Origin: Minisyncoccota bacterium
GTDB taxonomy: Bacteria > Patescibacteriota > Minisyncoccia > Phycocordibacterales > GWA1-40-21
Length of the DNA: 56,198 bases
NCBI GenBank assembly: GCA_036171775.1
Contig: JAVHRR010000006.1
Coordinates: 1 to 56,198 of the forward strand
Direction of reading: 5' to 3'
Shown here piece after piece: positions 42,805 through 50,948 of this stretch (the first letter of the stretch is position 1; each line of letters starts with the position of its first letter). A program made the position numbers and the translations under genes. The notes under the pieces were generated by a model. The model made no database searches, was not told the origin of the DNA, and saw only the letters and a program-made list of their open reading frames with translations.

Positions 42805-43329
42805 TTATACTTCTACTGTACTTTTATCTTTTCTTTCGATTCCAATCTCCTCCTCATAATCAAGCATCGCGTGTATTGCTTCGTCAGCTTTGCTTCTGAC
42901 TTCTTCGTACTTTTCGGTAAGTTCCTCAGCTTTTTCTGGGTTAGAAATTTCTAATTCATTTAGAAATTTCTCAACTCTCTCGTCCATTTTATCTAGATCT
43001 ACTGTTTCTTTAGAATCGATACCGAATTCTCTTTTTTCAAAATCAACAACTTCTCCTGTCGCTTTGTTTGCTTCATCCATTAATTCATTGTATTTGTGTG
43101 CTTCATCTCTGCCCTGATTGTATAATTCTGCTAGCTTGTCATTTGCTGCTTGTAATTTTTCCCAACGATTCAAAAGTGGTCCGTGACCATGAACCCTCTT
43201 GTATTCTTCTACAACCGGCTCATCTGGTGCCATGGCCTTTTTGAGTTCTTTAAGTGCATCCAAATTTGCCTCATCGAATTTTTCCTTTGTGTATTGTTTT
43301 TTCTCTTCACCGAAACCAAAAAATTTCAT
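42805..43329 (-). CDS. Hypothetical acidic coiled-coil protein (174 aa)
   Basis: ORF rich in E, K and D. No family recognised. Confidence 0.55.
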   Translation of the reverse strand: MKFFGFGEEKKQYTKEKFDEANLDALKELKKAMAPDEPVVEEYKRVHGHGPLLNRWEKLQAANDKLAELYNQGRDEAHKYNELMDEANKATGEVVDFEKREFGIDSKETVDLDKMDERVEKFLNELEISNPEKAEELTEKYEEVRSKADEAIHAMLDYEEEIGIERKDKSTVEV

Positions 43330-43712
43330 ATATTTATTAATTTATTTTGTTAAATACGACTTAAATTTCATGTTCAATTTTACGCTGGTGTGCGCATTTG
43401 TCAATCAACAAACAAACACGTGTTTAAACTATTTTTATAAAAATAATCAGCTGATCGAAGCGTAATTGAAAAACACGATAAATTCTGTCATGATTCATCC
43501 GTTAAAGTTTTTACTGACGCATTACGAAATATCTTATAGTGAAAGAGTGAATCTTTAAAAATAATGTTGATACCTTAATAAATGTAGGCGAAACAAATAA
43601 CAATATTTCGTAATGCAAAAAAGTTATTTTTAAGGTAGATTATCAGTAGTAACATCCTAGTTATTAAACAGGTCGCTAATAACTTTTTATCAGTAAAAAT
43701 TTTTTCGGATAA

Positions 43713-45623
43713 ATGAAAATTCTAGAGGTAATACCAATAGCAAGAGGCATCAACAAAGACACCCTTTCATATTTTTCTGGAAGTGATATTCCTATTGGTT
43801 CTATTATTAAAGTACCCTTACGAAAAAGGGTTGTTCCAGCACTTGTAATCAACTCTAAAGATGTTGAGGACTCAAAAGCTGAAATTAAAAACTCTTCTTT
43901 TCCTTTAAAGAAAATCGAGAAGGTCAAATTTGTGAGTTTGCTAAATAAGAATTTTGTAGACACTGCAGAAATAATTGCCAACTATTATGTTGGTTCGACT
44001 GGTTCAGTTCTAAATTCTATTATTCCCAAAGCTTTATTGGAAAATATCGACAAGATTAAAATTCATGAAAATAATATAGAAGGTCCCAAAAAAATAACAC
44101 GTGAAGAGAAATTTGTAATACAATCAAACGATGAGGACAGATATGCTCAATACAAAAGTATTATAAGAGAGGAATTTGCAAAAGGATCTTCTGTTTTTTT
44201 CTGTTTACCTACGATACAAGACATCAAAAAAGCTAAAGAATCTCTACAAAAAGGCATAGAACCTTATACTTTTATTTTACATAGTTCGATAAATAAAAAA
44301 GAACTAGTACAAACAATAAACAATATTTTGGAAGAAAAACACCCAATACTTATCATAAGCACGGGCGGATTTTTATCTATTCCTAAAAATAATATCGGGA
44401 CTATTATACTAGACAAAGAAAATTCTAGATCTTACAAAATGCAAACAAGACCTTATATAGACATAAGAAAATTTGCTGAAGTATTTTCTTCTAAAATTAA
44501 TTCCAAAATAATTTTTGGTGACTTATTGTTGCGTACTGACACAATATGGAAACAAAAAAATGGTGAGTTTGTGGAGCTGTCTTCACTAAAGTTTCGTTCA
44601 CTTACTACTTCTACCCAGGAAATAATAGATATGCGCGCTGTGCAAAAAGATGCTGATTGTAATGAAGGCAAAAAAACCTTCAGAATACTTAGTGAAAGTT
44701 TAGAAAATAAAATAAAAGAAAATATTACAAACAATGAACATATGTTCATTTTTACTGGTAGAAGAGGGCTTTCCCCTTCCACTATATGCGCGGATTGTGG
44801 AAATATAGTGAAATGCAATTCTTGCGGGGCACACACAGTGCTTCACAAATCAAGTATGGAAAATTTCTTTCTTTGTCATAAATGTGGTGAAAGAAGAAGC
44901 GCATTAGAAAAATGTTCTCATTGTAGTGGATGGAGACTTTCAACGCTTGGTATTGGTTCAGAACTTGTGGAGGAAAAAATTAGAGAACAATATCCAAGTG
45001 TTAACATTTACAGAATTGATGCAGACAATACTCCGTCTCACAAAAAAGCACAGGATGTTGCAAATAAGTTCTACAATTCACCACAAGGAATTTTAATAGG
45101 TACGGAAATGGCTCTTTTGTATCTTACAAATAAGATTCAAAATACTGCTGTCGTGTCTATCGATTCATTCTTTTCTATTCCAGATTTTAGAATTAATGAA
45201 AGAATATTAAACATACTTTTAAAAATAAGATCTGTTACTGACAAAAACTTTATTATTCAAACTAGAGATATGAAACAAAAGGTTTTTGATTATGCAATAA
45301 AAGGAAACTTGGTAGATTTTTATAAAGACGAAATAAATGATAGAGAAAAACTAAATTTTCCGCCTTTTACAACATTAATAAAAATTTCCATTTCTGGATC
45401 CAAAAATGAAGTTTTAGAATTTGTAGAAAACATCCAAAAAATGATTGAGCCTTACGAAATAGACATATTTCCAGCCTTTATACCGCAAGCAAAAGGAAAA
45501 TATGGAGTAAATGGCATAATTAAAATACCCGGTGGAAAATGGCCAGACAAAGATTTATACAACAAATTAAAAGCCCTTCCTATTGAGGTTTTAGTAAATG
45601 TAGATCCAGATTCGCTTATCTAA
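43713..45623 (+). CDS. priA: Primosomal protein N' (PriA) homologue with degenerate ATPase motifs
   Basis: 636 aa with the PriA N-terminal 3'-DNA-binding pattern (IKVPLRKRVVPALVI) and Cys-rich region CADCGN..CNSCG...CHKCG...CSHCSG. Walker A, DEEH and the Arg-finger positions read QSNDEDRY, DKEN and KIRSVTDK. Confidence 0.8.
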   Translation: MKILEVIPIARGINKDTLSYFSGSDIPIGSIIKVPLRKRVVPALVINSKDVEDSKAEIKNSSFPLKKIEKVKFVSLLNKNFVDTAEIIANYYVGSTGSVLNSIIPKALLENIDKIKIHENNIEGPKKITREEKFVIQSNDEDRYAQYKSIIREEFAKGSSVFFCLPTIQDIKKAKESLQKGIEPYTFILHSSINKKELVQTINNILEEKHPILIISTGGFLSIPKNNIGTIILDKENSRSYKMQTRPYIDIRKFAEVFSSKINSKIIFGDLLLRTDTIWKQKNGEFVELSSLKFRSLTTSTQEIIDMRAVQKDADCNEGKKTFRILSESLENKIKENITNNEHMFIFTGRRGLSPSTICADCGNIVKCNSCGAHTVLHKSSMENFFLCHKCGERRSALEKCSHCSGWRLSTLGIGSELVEEKIREQYPSVNIYRIDADNTPSHKKAQDVANKFYNSPQGILIGTEMALLYLTNKIQNTAVVSIDSFFSIPDFRINERILNILLKIRSVTDKNFIIQTRDMKQKVFDYAIKGNLVDFYKDEINDREKLNFPPFTTLIKISISGSKNEVLEFVENIQKMIEPYEIDIFPAFIPQAKGKYGVNGIIKIPGGKWPDKDLYNKLKALPIEVLVNVDPDSLI

Positions 45624-45630
45624 CAGAAGG

Positions 45631-45656
45631 TAGCTTGTAGCTTTTTAGCTTATTAG
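45631..45656. repeat. AGCTTNTT-octamer repeat element (forward), copy c
   Basis: T-AGCTTGT-AGCTTTTT-AGCTTATT-AG. Confidence 0.7.
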
Positions 45657-45689
45657 ACCATTCAAAAAAACTAAAATAAACTTTTTATT

Positions 45690-45723
45690 CCTAAAAAGCT
45701 AAGAAGCTAATTCCTACAAGCTA
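45690..45723. repeat. AGCTTNTT-octamer repeat element (reverse), copy d; overlaps the ftsQ stop
   Basis: CCTAAAAAGCTAAGAAGCTAATTCCTACAAGCTA. Its reverse complement is nearly identical to copy e. Confidence 0.7.
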
Positions 45724-46544
45724 GTTTTTAGTTCAAAATTAACTTTATTTCCAAATCTTAAGTCAATATATTTGATTTTCTTTAGAGATTCTATATCATT
45801 TTTTATATATCCGTTATCAACTAGAGCCTGAAGGTTGACTAGTGATGACACGAAGCTTCTTTTGTCATTTAGAATTATTTTTCCTCCACCAACAAGATAA
45901 ACTTCGTATTCATGTTCATCTACAGCATTAAAATATTTTGGCGAAAAAGACATTTTCTTAAATGTGATATACAAACTAGAAATATTCTTAAAATTGTCTT
46001 TTAAATACAACTGACCAACTGGATTTTGATCCTTAATCAAACCAAAGTACTCTGGAAAAGCACTCTCTGAAAAATTTGGCGCTTCTTCAAAAATAAAACC
46101 ATTTGAATCCATATAGTAGCAGACCTTTATGTCTGCGGTCGCGCCCTTACACCATAAGTTTTTAGACTCCCTTTCTGTAACCGCTATCTCGATTTTATCA
46201 ATTCCGTGAACATAAACATTCACCGTGCCGATTTTCTTAAAAGTATTTAATATTTCATTTTCGATTTCAGCTTCACGGAGCAAAATTATATTATCTGTCG
46301 GAATTATCCATAAATAAACTTTACTTATTTCAACCTCAACTAATTTTAAAATATTTTCCGTAGAAACAGATGAATTGCCTGTAACTACAATATTTTTTAT
46401 ACGAACTTGATCTTTAGTGAGTCCCAAAACTGCCAGTGAAATAAAAAATAATATAAAAATAAAGTAAGCCCCTATCTTTTTCACAAGACCGACTTTTCTT
46501 TTTTTATTTAGAGACGCACCTATGTTTGATCTTTGATATGCCAT
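45714..46544 (-). CDS. ftsQ: Cell division protein FtsQ/DivIB-like (POTRA)
   Basis: 276 aa with a TM helix, then a POTRA-like VRIKNIVVTGNSSVSTENILKLVE. Confidence 0.7.
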   Translation of the reverse strand: MAYQRSNIGASLNKKRKVGLVKKIGAYFIFILFFISLAVLGLTKDQVRIKNIVVTGNSSVSTENILKLVEVEISKVYLWIIPTDNIILLREAEIENEILNTFKKIGTVNVYVHGIDKIEIAVTERESKNLWCKGATADIKVCYYMDSNGFIFEEAPNFSESAFPEYFGLIKDQNPVGQLYLKDNFKNISSLYITFKKMSFSPKYFNAVDEHEYEVYLVGGGKIILNDKRSFVSSLVNLQALVDNGYIKNDIESLKKIKYIDLRFGNKVNFELKTSL

Positions 46545-46580
46545 ATAATATTTAATTATATTATACTAGACTTTTTAAAA

Positions 46581-46635
46581 ATTAAACACAAAAAAACTGG
46601 TTCGCGAAGCGAACCCGCTTTTTTGTGTTTAATTT
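46581..46635. terminator. Long hairpin terminator after serS with a GCGAAGC core
   Basis: ATTAAACACAAAAAA...GGTTCGC-GAA-GCGAACC...TTTTTTGTGTTTAAT. Confidence 0.8.
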
Positions 46636-47913
46636 TTACTTTTTTGCTATAAATTCTCTTCCGCCCATATATTTTCTGAGCACTTCTGGTATTTTTATAG
46701 AACCATCTGCCTGCTGACCATTTTCAATTATTTGAATCAAAATTCTTGGTGTGGCTATCGCCGTGTTGTTTAGTGAATGTACAAACTTCAGCTTTCCATC
46801 TGCATCTCTATATTTGATATTAAGTCTTCTTGCTTGAAAATCATGAAAATATGAACATGAATGGGTCTCGCCATATTTATTCTTTGATGGCATCCAGGTT
46901 TCAACATCGTATTTTTTTACCTGCCCTAGTCCCAAGTCACCTCCACAGTTTACAACAACGTGATATGGAAGATTGAGCGCTTGCAATATATCTTCAGCGT
47001 TAAGCAAAAGCTCTTCGTGATATTTTACACTTGTCTCATGACTTGCTTCACAAATAACAACTTGCTCAAATTTCATAAATTCATGAACTCTGTAAAGTCC
47101 TTTCACGTCTTTACTATAACTCCCTGCTTCTCTTCGAAATGCAGGTGAAAAAGCCAAAACTTTTTTAGGTAAATCATTTTTATCAATAACTTTGTCAGCA
47201 AAATAGCTCATGGTTGCAACTTCAGCGGTACCAGCAAGATAATCAGTGTCTTGAGTCTTATACATATCATCCTCACCTTGTGGCAAATATCCTGTACCAA
47301 GTAATGTGTCTCTTTTTACGAGTGAGGGAACAAACATGACTTTATAATCACTCTTTTTTTCTCTAAACAAATCCATTGTAAGTTGCCAAACCGCAAACTC
47401 TAGCTCTGCTCCTTCATTTTTCAAAAAATATCCACGAAAACCAGAAACTCTAGAGCCCGCTTCAAAATCAGCAAGATCAAGCTTTTCCATAAGCTCTACA
47501 TGGTCTTTTGGTATAAAATCAAACTTTGGAATTTCTCCCCAAACTTTTACCTCTTTGTTATCGGCATCTGAGGTACCTTCTGGCACAGAAATATCTGGAA
47601 GGTTTGGAACTTGAAGCATAATCTCTTGCCACTTTATCATGACGGCCTTAAGCTTTTCTTCTTCTTTTTGTAAAGTTTCTTTTAAAACCTTCATCTCGGA
47701 TATAAGTCCTGCTCTTGCAACAGCGTCAGTAATTTGTGGAAGTTTAAAAGATACAGCATTTTGGTCTGCTCTCATTTTTTCTATAGTTGTAAGCAATTCT
47801 TTTCTTTGGTCGTCTAAAGAAATGAGTTCAGTGGGATCAAACTTGAGATTTTTCTTTTTTGCCCCCAGTATGATGAGTTCTTTATTTTCTCTGATGAATT
47901 TGATGTCTAGCAT
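46636..47913 (-). CDS. serS: Seryl-tRNA synthetase
   Basis: 425 aa with an N-terminal coiled-coil arm and class II motifs (FRREAGS, TAIATPRILIQIIEN). Confidence 0.95.
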   Translation of the reverse strand: MLDIKFIRENKELIILGAKKKNLKFDPTELISLDDQRKELLTTIEKMRADQNAVSFKLPQITDAVARAGLISEMKVLKETLQKEEEKLKAVMIKWQEIMLQVPNLPDISVPEGTSDADNKEVKVWGEIPKFDFIPKDHVELMEKLDLADFEAGSRVSGFRGYFLKNEGAELEFAVWQLTMDLFREKKSDYKVMFVPSLVKRDTLLGTGYLPQGEDDMYKTQDTDYLAGTAEVATMSYFADKVIDKNDLPKKVLAFSPAFRREAGSYSKDVKGLYRVHEFMKFEQVVICEASHETSVKYHEELLLNAEDILQALNLPYHVVVNCGGDLGLGQVKKYDVETWMPSKNKYGETHSCSYFHDFQARRLNIKYRDADGKLKFVHSLNNTAIATPRILIQIIENGQQADGSIKIPEVLRKYMGGREFIAKK

Positions 47914-48055
47914 GATTGATTTTTAACGAGCGTAGCGACTATAAAAATCATCACCCCGTCAAATTGGCTTTTTATTTGACTGGGGTAATAAGAATATATC
48001 GCCAAGCTCTTTTATTTTACTAAAACTAATTTTTACTGTGATTTATTCTATCAGA

Positions 48056-48064
48056 TGCTACAAT
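48056..48064 (+). promoter_or_regulatory. Extended -10 element TGCTACAAT ending 7 nt before the dprA ATG (leaderless-type promoter)
   Basis: There is no SD, and the spacing puts the expected start site at or next to the ATG at 48072. Confidence 0.45.
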
Positions 48065-48071
48065 AAACTCA

Positions 48072-48944
48072 ATGTTAAAAGATTTTGAAATAATCGAACT
48101 TGAAAGCGAAGAAATTCCAGAAATGCTTCGTAAAATTGCCGATGCACCGGAAAAAATATATCTGCAAGGTAAACTTCCCTCACCTGATGCAAAAATACTT
48201 TGTGTTGTTGGTTCTCGTAAATACTCTCAATATGGAAAAGATGTCTGCGAAAAGCTTATATCAGGTCTTCGAGGATACAATATATGTATAGTATCTGGTC
48301 TTGCCCTTGGAATAGACGGAATAGCTCATAAAGCGGCCCTAGATGCGGGCTTAATGACGATTGCGGTCCCTGGTTCAGGCCTTCATGAATCGGTCTTATA
48401 TCCAAGCACACACAGACAGCTCGCCGAAAAAATCCTCGAAGCTCGCGGCGGTCTGATTTCAGAATTCGAACCAAAATTTCGCGCTACTCCTTACAGCTTT
48501 CCGCAAAGAAATAGAATAATGGCTGGAATGTCACATGCCGTACTTGTAATAGAAGCAGAAATAAAATCCGGCACACTCATCACTTCCAAATTTGCCACGG
48601 AATACAATCGGGATGTTCTCACAGTCCCCGGTTCAATCTTTTTCAAAAATTCCGAAGGGCCAAATATGCTTATTCGTCTTGGAGCAACACCTGTGCGAAA
48701 CAGTGAAGATATTTTAGAAGCACTTGATTTTAAAATAAATGAAACACCTCAAAATTTAGAACTCAAATATTCTGATTGTTCTCCCGAAGAAATGCTTGTA
48801 GTAAAAATTCTTAATGAACCATTAGAAAAAGATGAATTGATACGACAAATAAAAATGCCTGTGTCGAAAGCGAGCACAGTGATTTCTATAATGGAGATTA
48901 AAGGATTGATTAAGGAGAGTATGGGTGAAATTAGATTGACATAA
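48072..48944 (+). CDS. dprA: DNA processing protein DprA
   Basis: 290 aa with a Rossmann-like core (VVGSRKYSQYGKDVCEKL...IVSGLALGIDGIAHKAAL) and a C-terminal winged-helix tail. Confidence 0.9.
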   Translation: MLKDFEIIELESEEIPEMLRKIADAPEKIYLQGKLPSPDAKILCVVGSRKYSQYGKDVCEKLISGLRGYNICIVSGLALGIDGIAHKAALDAGLMTIAVPGSGLHESVLYPSTHRQLAEKILEARGGLISEFEPKFRATPYSFPQRNRIMAGMSHAVLVIEAEIKSGTLITSKFATEYNRDVLTVPGSIFFKNSEGPNMLIRLGATPVRNSEDILEALDFKINETPQNLELKYSDCSPEEMLVVKILNEPLEKDELIRQIKMPVSKASTVISIMEIKGLIKESMGEIRLT

Positions 48945-48945
48945 C

Positions 48946-48972
48946 CTATAGCAAGGACAGTCCTTGCTATAG
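48946..48972 (+). other. 12-bp-stem hairpin directly after the dprA stop (no clear U-tract)
   Basis: CTATAGCAAGGA-CAG-TCCTTGCTATAG. Confidence 0.6.
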
Positions 48973-49019
48973 ATAACCAATTACACGTTTTTCCTATTGT
49001 AACTTAAGGTATATAATCT

Positions 49020-49042
49020 CAAGTTCGCCATGGCGAACTTGG
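49020..49042. repeat. Palindrome CAAGTTCGCCATGGCGAACTTGG (copy 2 of the 20-nt palindrome), left flank of the Cas2-fold gene
   Basis: The core at 49021-49040 is identical to 28112-28131 and 49481-49500. Confidence 0.85.
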
Positions 49043-49053
49043 TATTTTAACAA

Positions 49054-49455
49054 TTATAAACCTAAAGTGTTTTTATAAACATTCTCCTCTCCTGTGTACG
49101 ACTTCGCTAGTTTGAAAGTCTTTAATTGATTTAAAAGACCAATTGATTTTACATAATCTAGAAAATCCTTTGGTAACGGTGATGGACCGACCCAAACACT
49201 TTTTTGTATCATTATAAAATTGAATTTTTTCAAATGTCTTCTAAACCAATCCCTTTCTTTTTTCTTCTCATGTGGAATGTCATACATAACAATAAGTTTC
49301 TTTGGTGCTGCCTTTTCGAGAGTACAATTAAAATATTGATATTGATGATATTTGTATTCACGTTTGTTTTTGCGTTCTTTATCTTCATTTGCAGTAAATA
49401 TTGGTATACCGAAAGAATTCACCGGAATTCCTTTATATTTACGATATTTTTTCAT
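49054..49455 (-). CDS. Cas2-fold / PaaX-like small protein (133 aa), orphan
   Basis: KKLIVMYDIPHEKKKERDWFRRHLKKFNFIMIQKSVWVGPSP follows the Cas2/PaaX-middle-domain pattern h-h-YDI-x4-(K/R)R-x8-L-x3-GF-x3-Q-x-SVW. No cas genes or array are nearby. Confidence 0.6.
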   Translation of the reverse strand: MKKYRKYKGIPVNSFGIPIFTANEDKERKNKREYKYHQYQYFNCTLEKAAPKKLIVMYDIPHEKKKERDWFRRHLKKFNFIMIQKSVWVGPSPLPKDFLDYVKSIGLLNQLKTFKLAKSYTGEENVYKNTLGL

Positions 49456-49478
49456 ACATTCATTCTATCACCACTTCC

Positions 49479-49503
49479 CCAAGTTCGCCATGGCGAACTT
49501 GGG
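49479..49503. repeat. Palindrome CCAAGTTCGCCATGGCGAACTTGGG (copy 3), right flank of the Cas2-fold gene
   Basis: Core at 49481-49500, 24 nt upstream of the Cas2-fold start codon. Confidence 0.85.
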
Positions 49504-49531
49504 TGCATGTAGGTATAAGTATTGGAGGAAA

Positions 49532-49627
49532 ATGAAAATGCCAGTTTCGAAAGCTTCAACTGTAATTTCTATAATGGAGATTAAAGGGTTAATAAAAGAA
49601 AGTATTGGAGAAATTCGGTTAACTTAA
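49532..49627 (+). pseudogene. Displaced duplicate of the dprA 3' end (31 codons) with its own GGAGG and ATG
   Basis: MKMPVSKASTVISIMEIKGLIKESIGEIRLT versus the DprA tail KMPVSKASTVISIMEIKGLIKESMGEIRLT. By my count, 15 codons differ synonymously and 1 non-synonymously. Confidence 0.7.
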
Positions 49628-49691
49628 CAGTAATATTTTAAAACAAAACCCGCTGCACAATTGCAACGGGTGGCAGATAAATCTGCGCTTT

Positions 49692-50078
49692 TTACGAATG
49701 CCATGGATCCTCCTGCAGCGAATCTATAAATTCCTGCTTACGTTTTTTTACCAGAGCGATCAGTTTTTTGTCGGTAGCGAAGGCTTTCTTTCTTGATGCC
49801 AAATATTTAGTTGCATCATTTTTAGAAAGAAAAACTCCTCTCCAACGGTCAGTAAGGTAGGACACCGAATTCGACTCCACCTTCTTTCCTCTGTGATATG
49901 TAACTAGAACTAAAGGTTCTTCATTACCCCCATCGACTTCAACGGCACCTATTTTATCGACGACACATGGGCCAACAATGGCCAATGGCTTAATATCGTC
50001 AGAAGACATGTACCAAAACGTATCGCCGACAGACAGAACCTTCAAAAACTTCGCTGCATTTAAAATAACGTTTGCCAT
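49692..50078 (-). CDS. Hypothetical protein (128 aa from ATG at 50078)
   Basis: AAGGAAGG RBS is spaced for MANVILN. GC is higher than neighbours. No family recognised. Confidence 0.55.
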   Translation of the reverse strand: MANVILNAAKFLKVLSVGDTFWYMSSDDIKPLAIVGPCVVDKIGAVEVDGGNEEPLVLVTYHRGKKVESNSVSYLTDRWRGVFLSKNDATKYLASRKKAFATDKKLIALVKKRKQEFIDSLQEDPWHS

Positions 50079-50164
50079 TTGTAGCACCTTCCTTTATCGA
50101 GGCTTGACCACCATCTGTCCAAAGTTTATCACACTATTCTCCACTTGTCAATAATAAGTGATAT

Positions 50165-50746
50165 TTACCTTTCTATTACAATATATTCACCGTCCATTAG
50201 TGTTATTGTTTCCAAATTTTCTTTATATAATTTTAGTGTTTCTAGGAATGAATCAATTTTTTCATTTATTTTTTGATTATAATTAGATTTCCAATGAGGA
50301 ATAAATTTTATGGGTAATAGTCCCAATCCTTCCCCCACATCGAGGTTCTTAATAACCCCGTAATATTTAGAAATAGCATCTGCTCCACCAGAACTACCAA
50401 CAATAGTCTTTCCATTCAATTCTTCTCTCCAATCACCAACTGTTTCTAACACTGAGATAAGTAATTCGGGGTCGCCGCCTTGAAAAAATAATACATCAGA
50501 ATTTTTTAATTGATCTATGAAATTTTCAGGCAACGCGAGTTCCAACTTAAAATCCTTAATGAATTTAGAAAAAAAATCGTGATCGTTTTTAAATCTATCT
50601 TTCCAATCATCATTGCTGCGTGCAAATAAGCAATCAAGAATTTTGATAGGTCTATTATTAATTCCTTTTACTAATTCTTCACAAAATGCTTTTCCACCAT
50701 CTTGTGCTTTATATATGTATCCGCCTATTAAAATATATTTGGTCAT
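50165..50746 (-). CDS. Peptidase S51 / class I glutamine amidotransferase-like protein (tentative)
   Basis: 193 aa. LFFQGGDPELL and IVGSSGGADA resemble the S51 GGN...G.SAGA nucleophile elbow. The assignment is weak. Confidence 0.4.
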   Translation of the reverse strand: MTKYILIGGYIYKAQDGGKAFCEELVKGINNRPIKILDCLFARSNDDWKDRFKNDHDFFSKFIKDFKLELALPENFIDQLKNSDVLFFQGGDPELLISVLETVGDWREELNGKTIVGSSGGADAISKYYGVIKNLDVGEGLGLLPIKFIPHWKSNYNQKINEKIDSFLETLKLYKENLETITLMDGEYIVIER

Positions 50747-50948
50747 GATGCTATTTTATTTACGTTAAATTATATCAAAAATTTGCACAAAATAACATTT
50801 GTGTGTAATAATGCACTTCGATGAACCGGATAGTAGAATTTCAAGTCATTGCTTTTTGTTTTTTCTACACGGTCGTTTAACTGTCGATATCATTAGTAAA
50901 ATAACTTTTTGAGGTTTCAGTTTGGGTTTATAGCAATATAAAAACAAC

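Noticed and set aside
47954-47985. Hairpin CCCCGTCAAAT...ATTTGACTGGGG in the serS leader, and a long-range repeat CAAACTGAAT/ATTCAGTTTG (35519-35590) upstream of proS, considered as T-box riboswitches.
   Set aside because: Neither leader contains the conserved T-box sequence (GGUGGUACCGCG-like) or a specifier-loop arrangement. The serS hairpin has only a weak, displaced U-tract. They may still be simple attenuators or rseP/dprA-related signals.
49352-49627. 91-aa ORF-track entry spanning the Cas2-fold gene upstream region, the palindrome and the dprA-tail copy.
   Set aside because: Its first 46 codons are antisense to the Cas2-fold gene and read through the palindrome. Only the last 31 codons (from GGAGG/ATG at 49532) have evidence of protein-level constraint.
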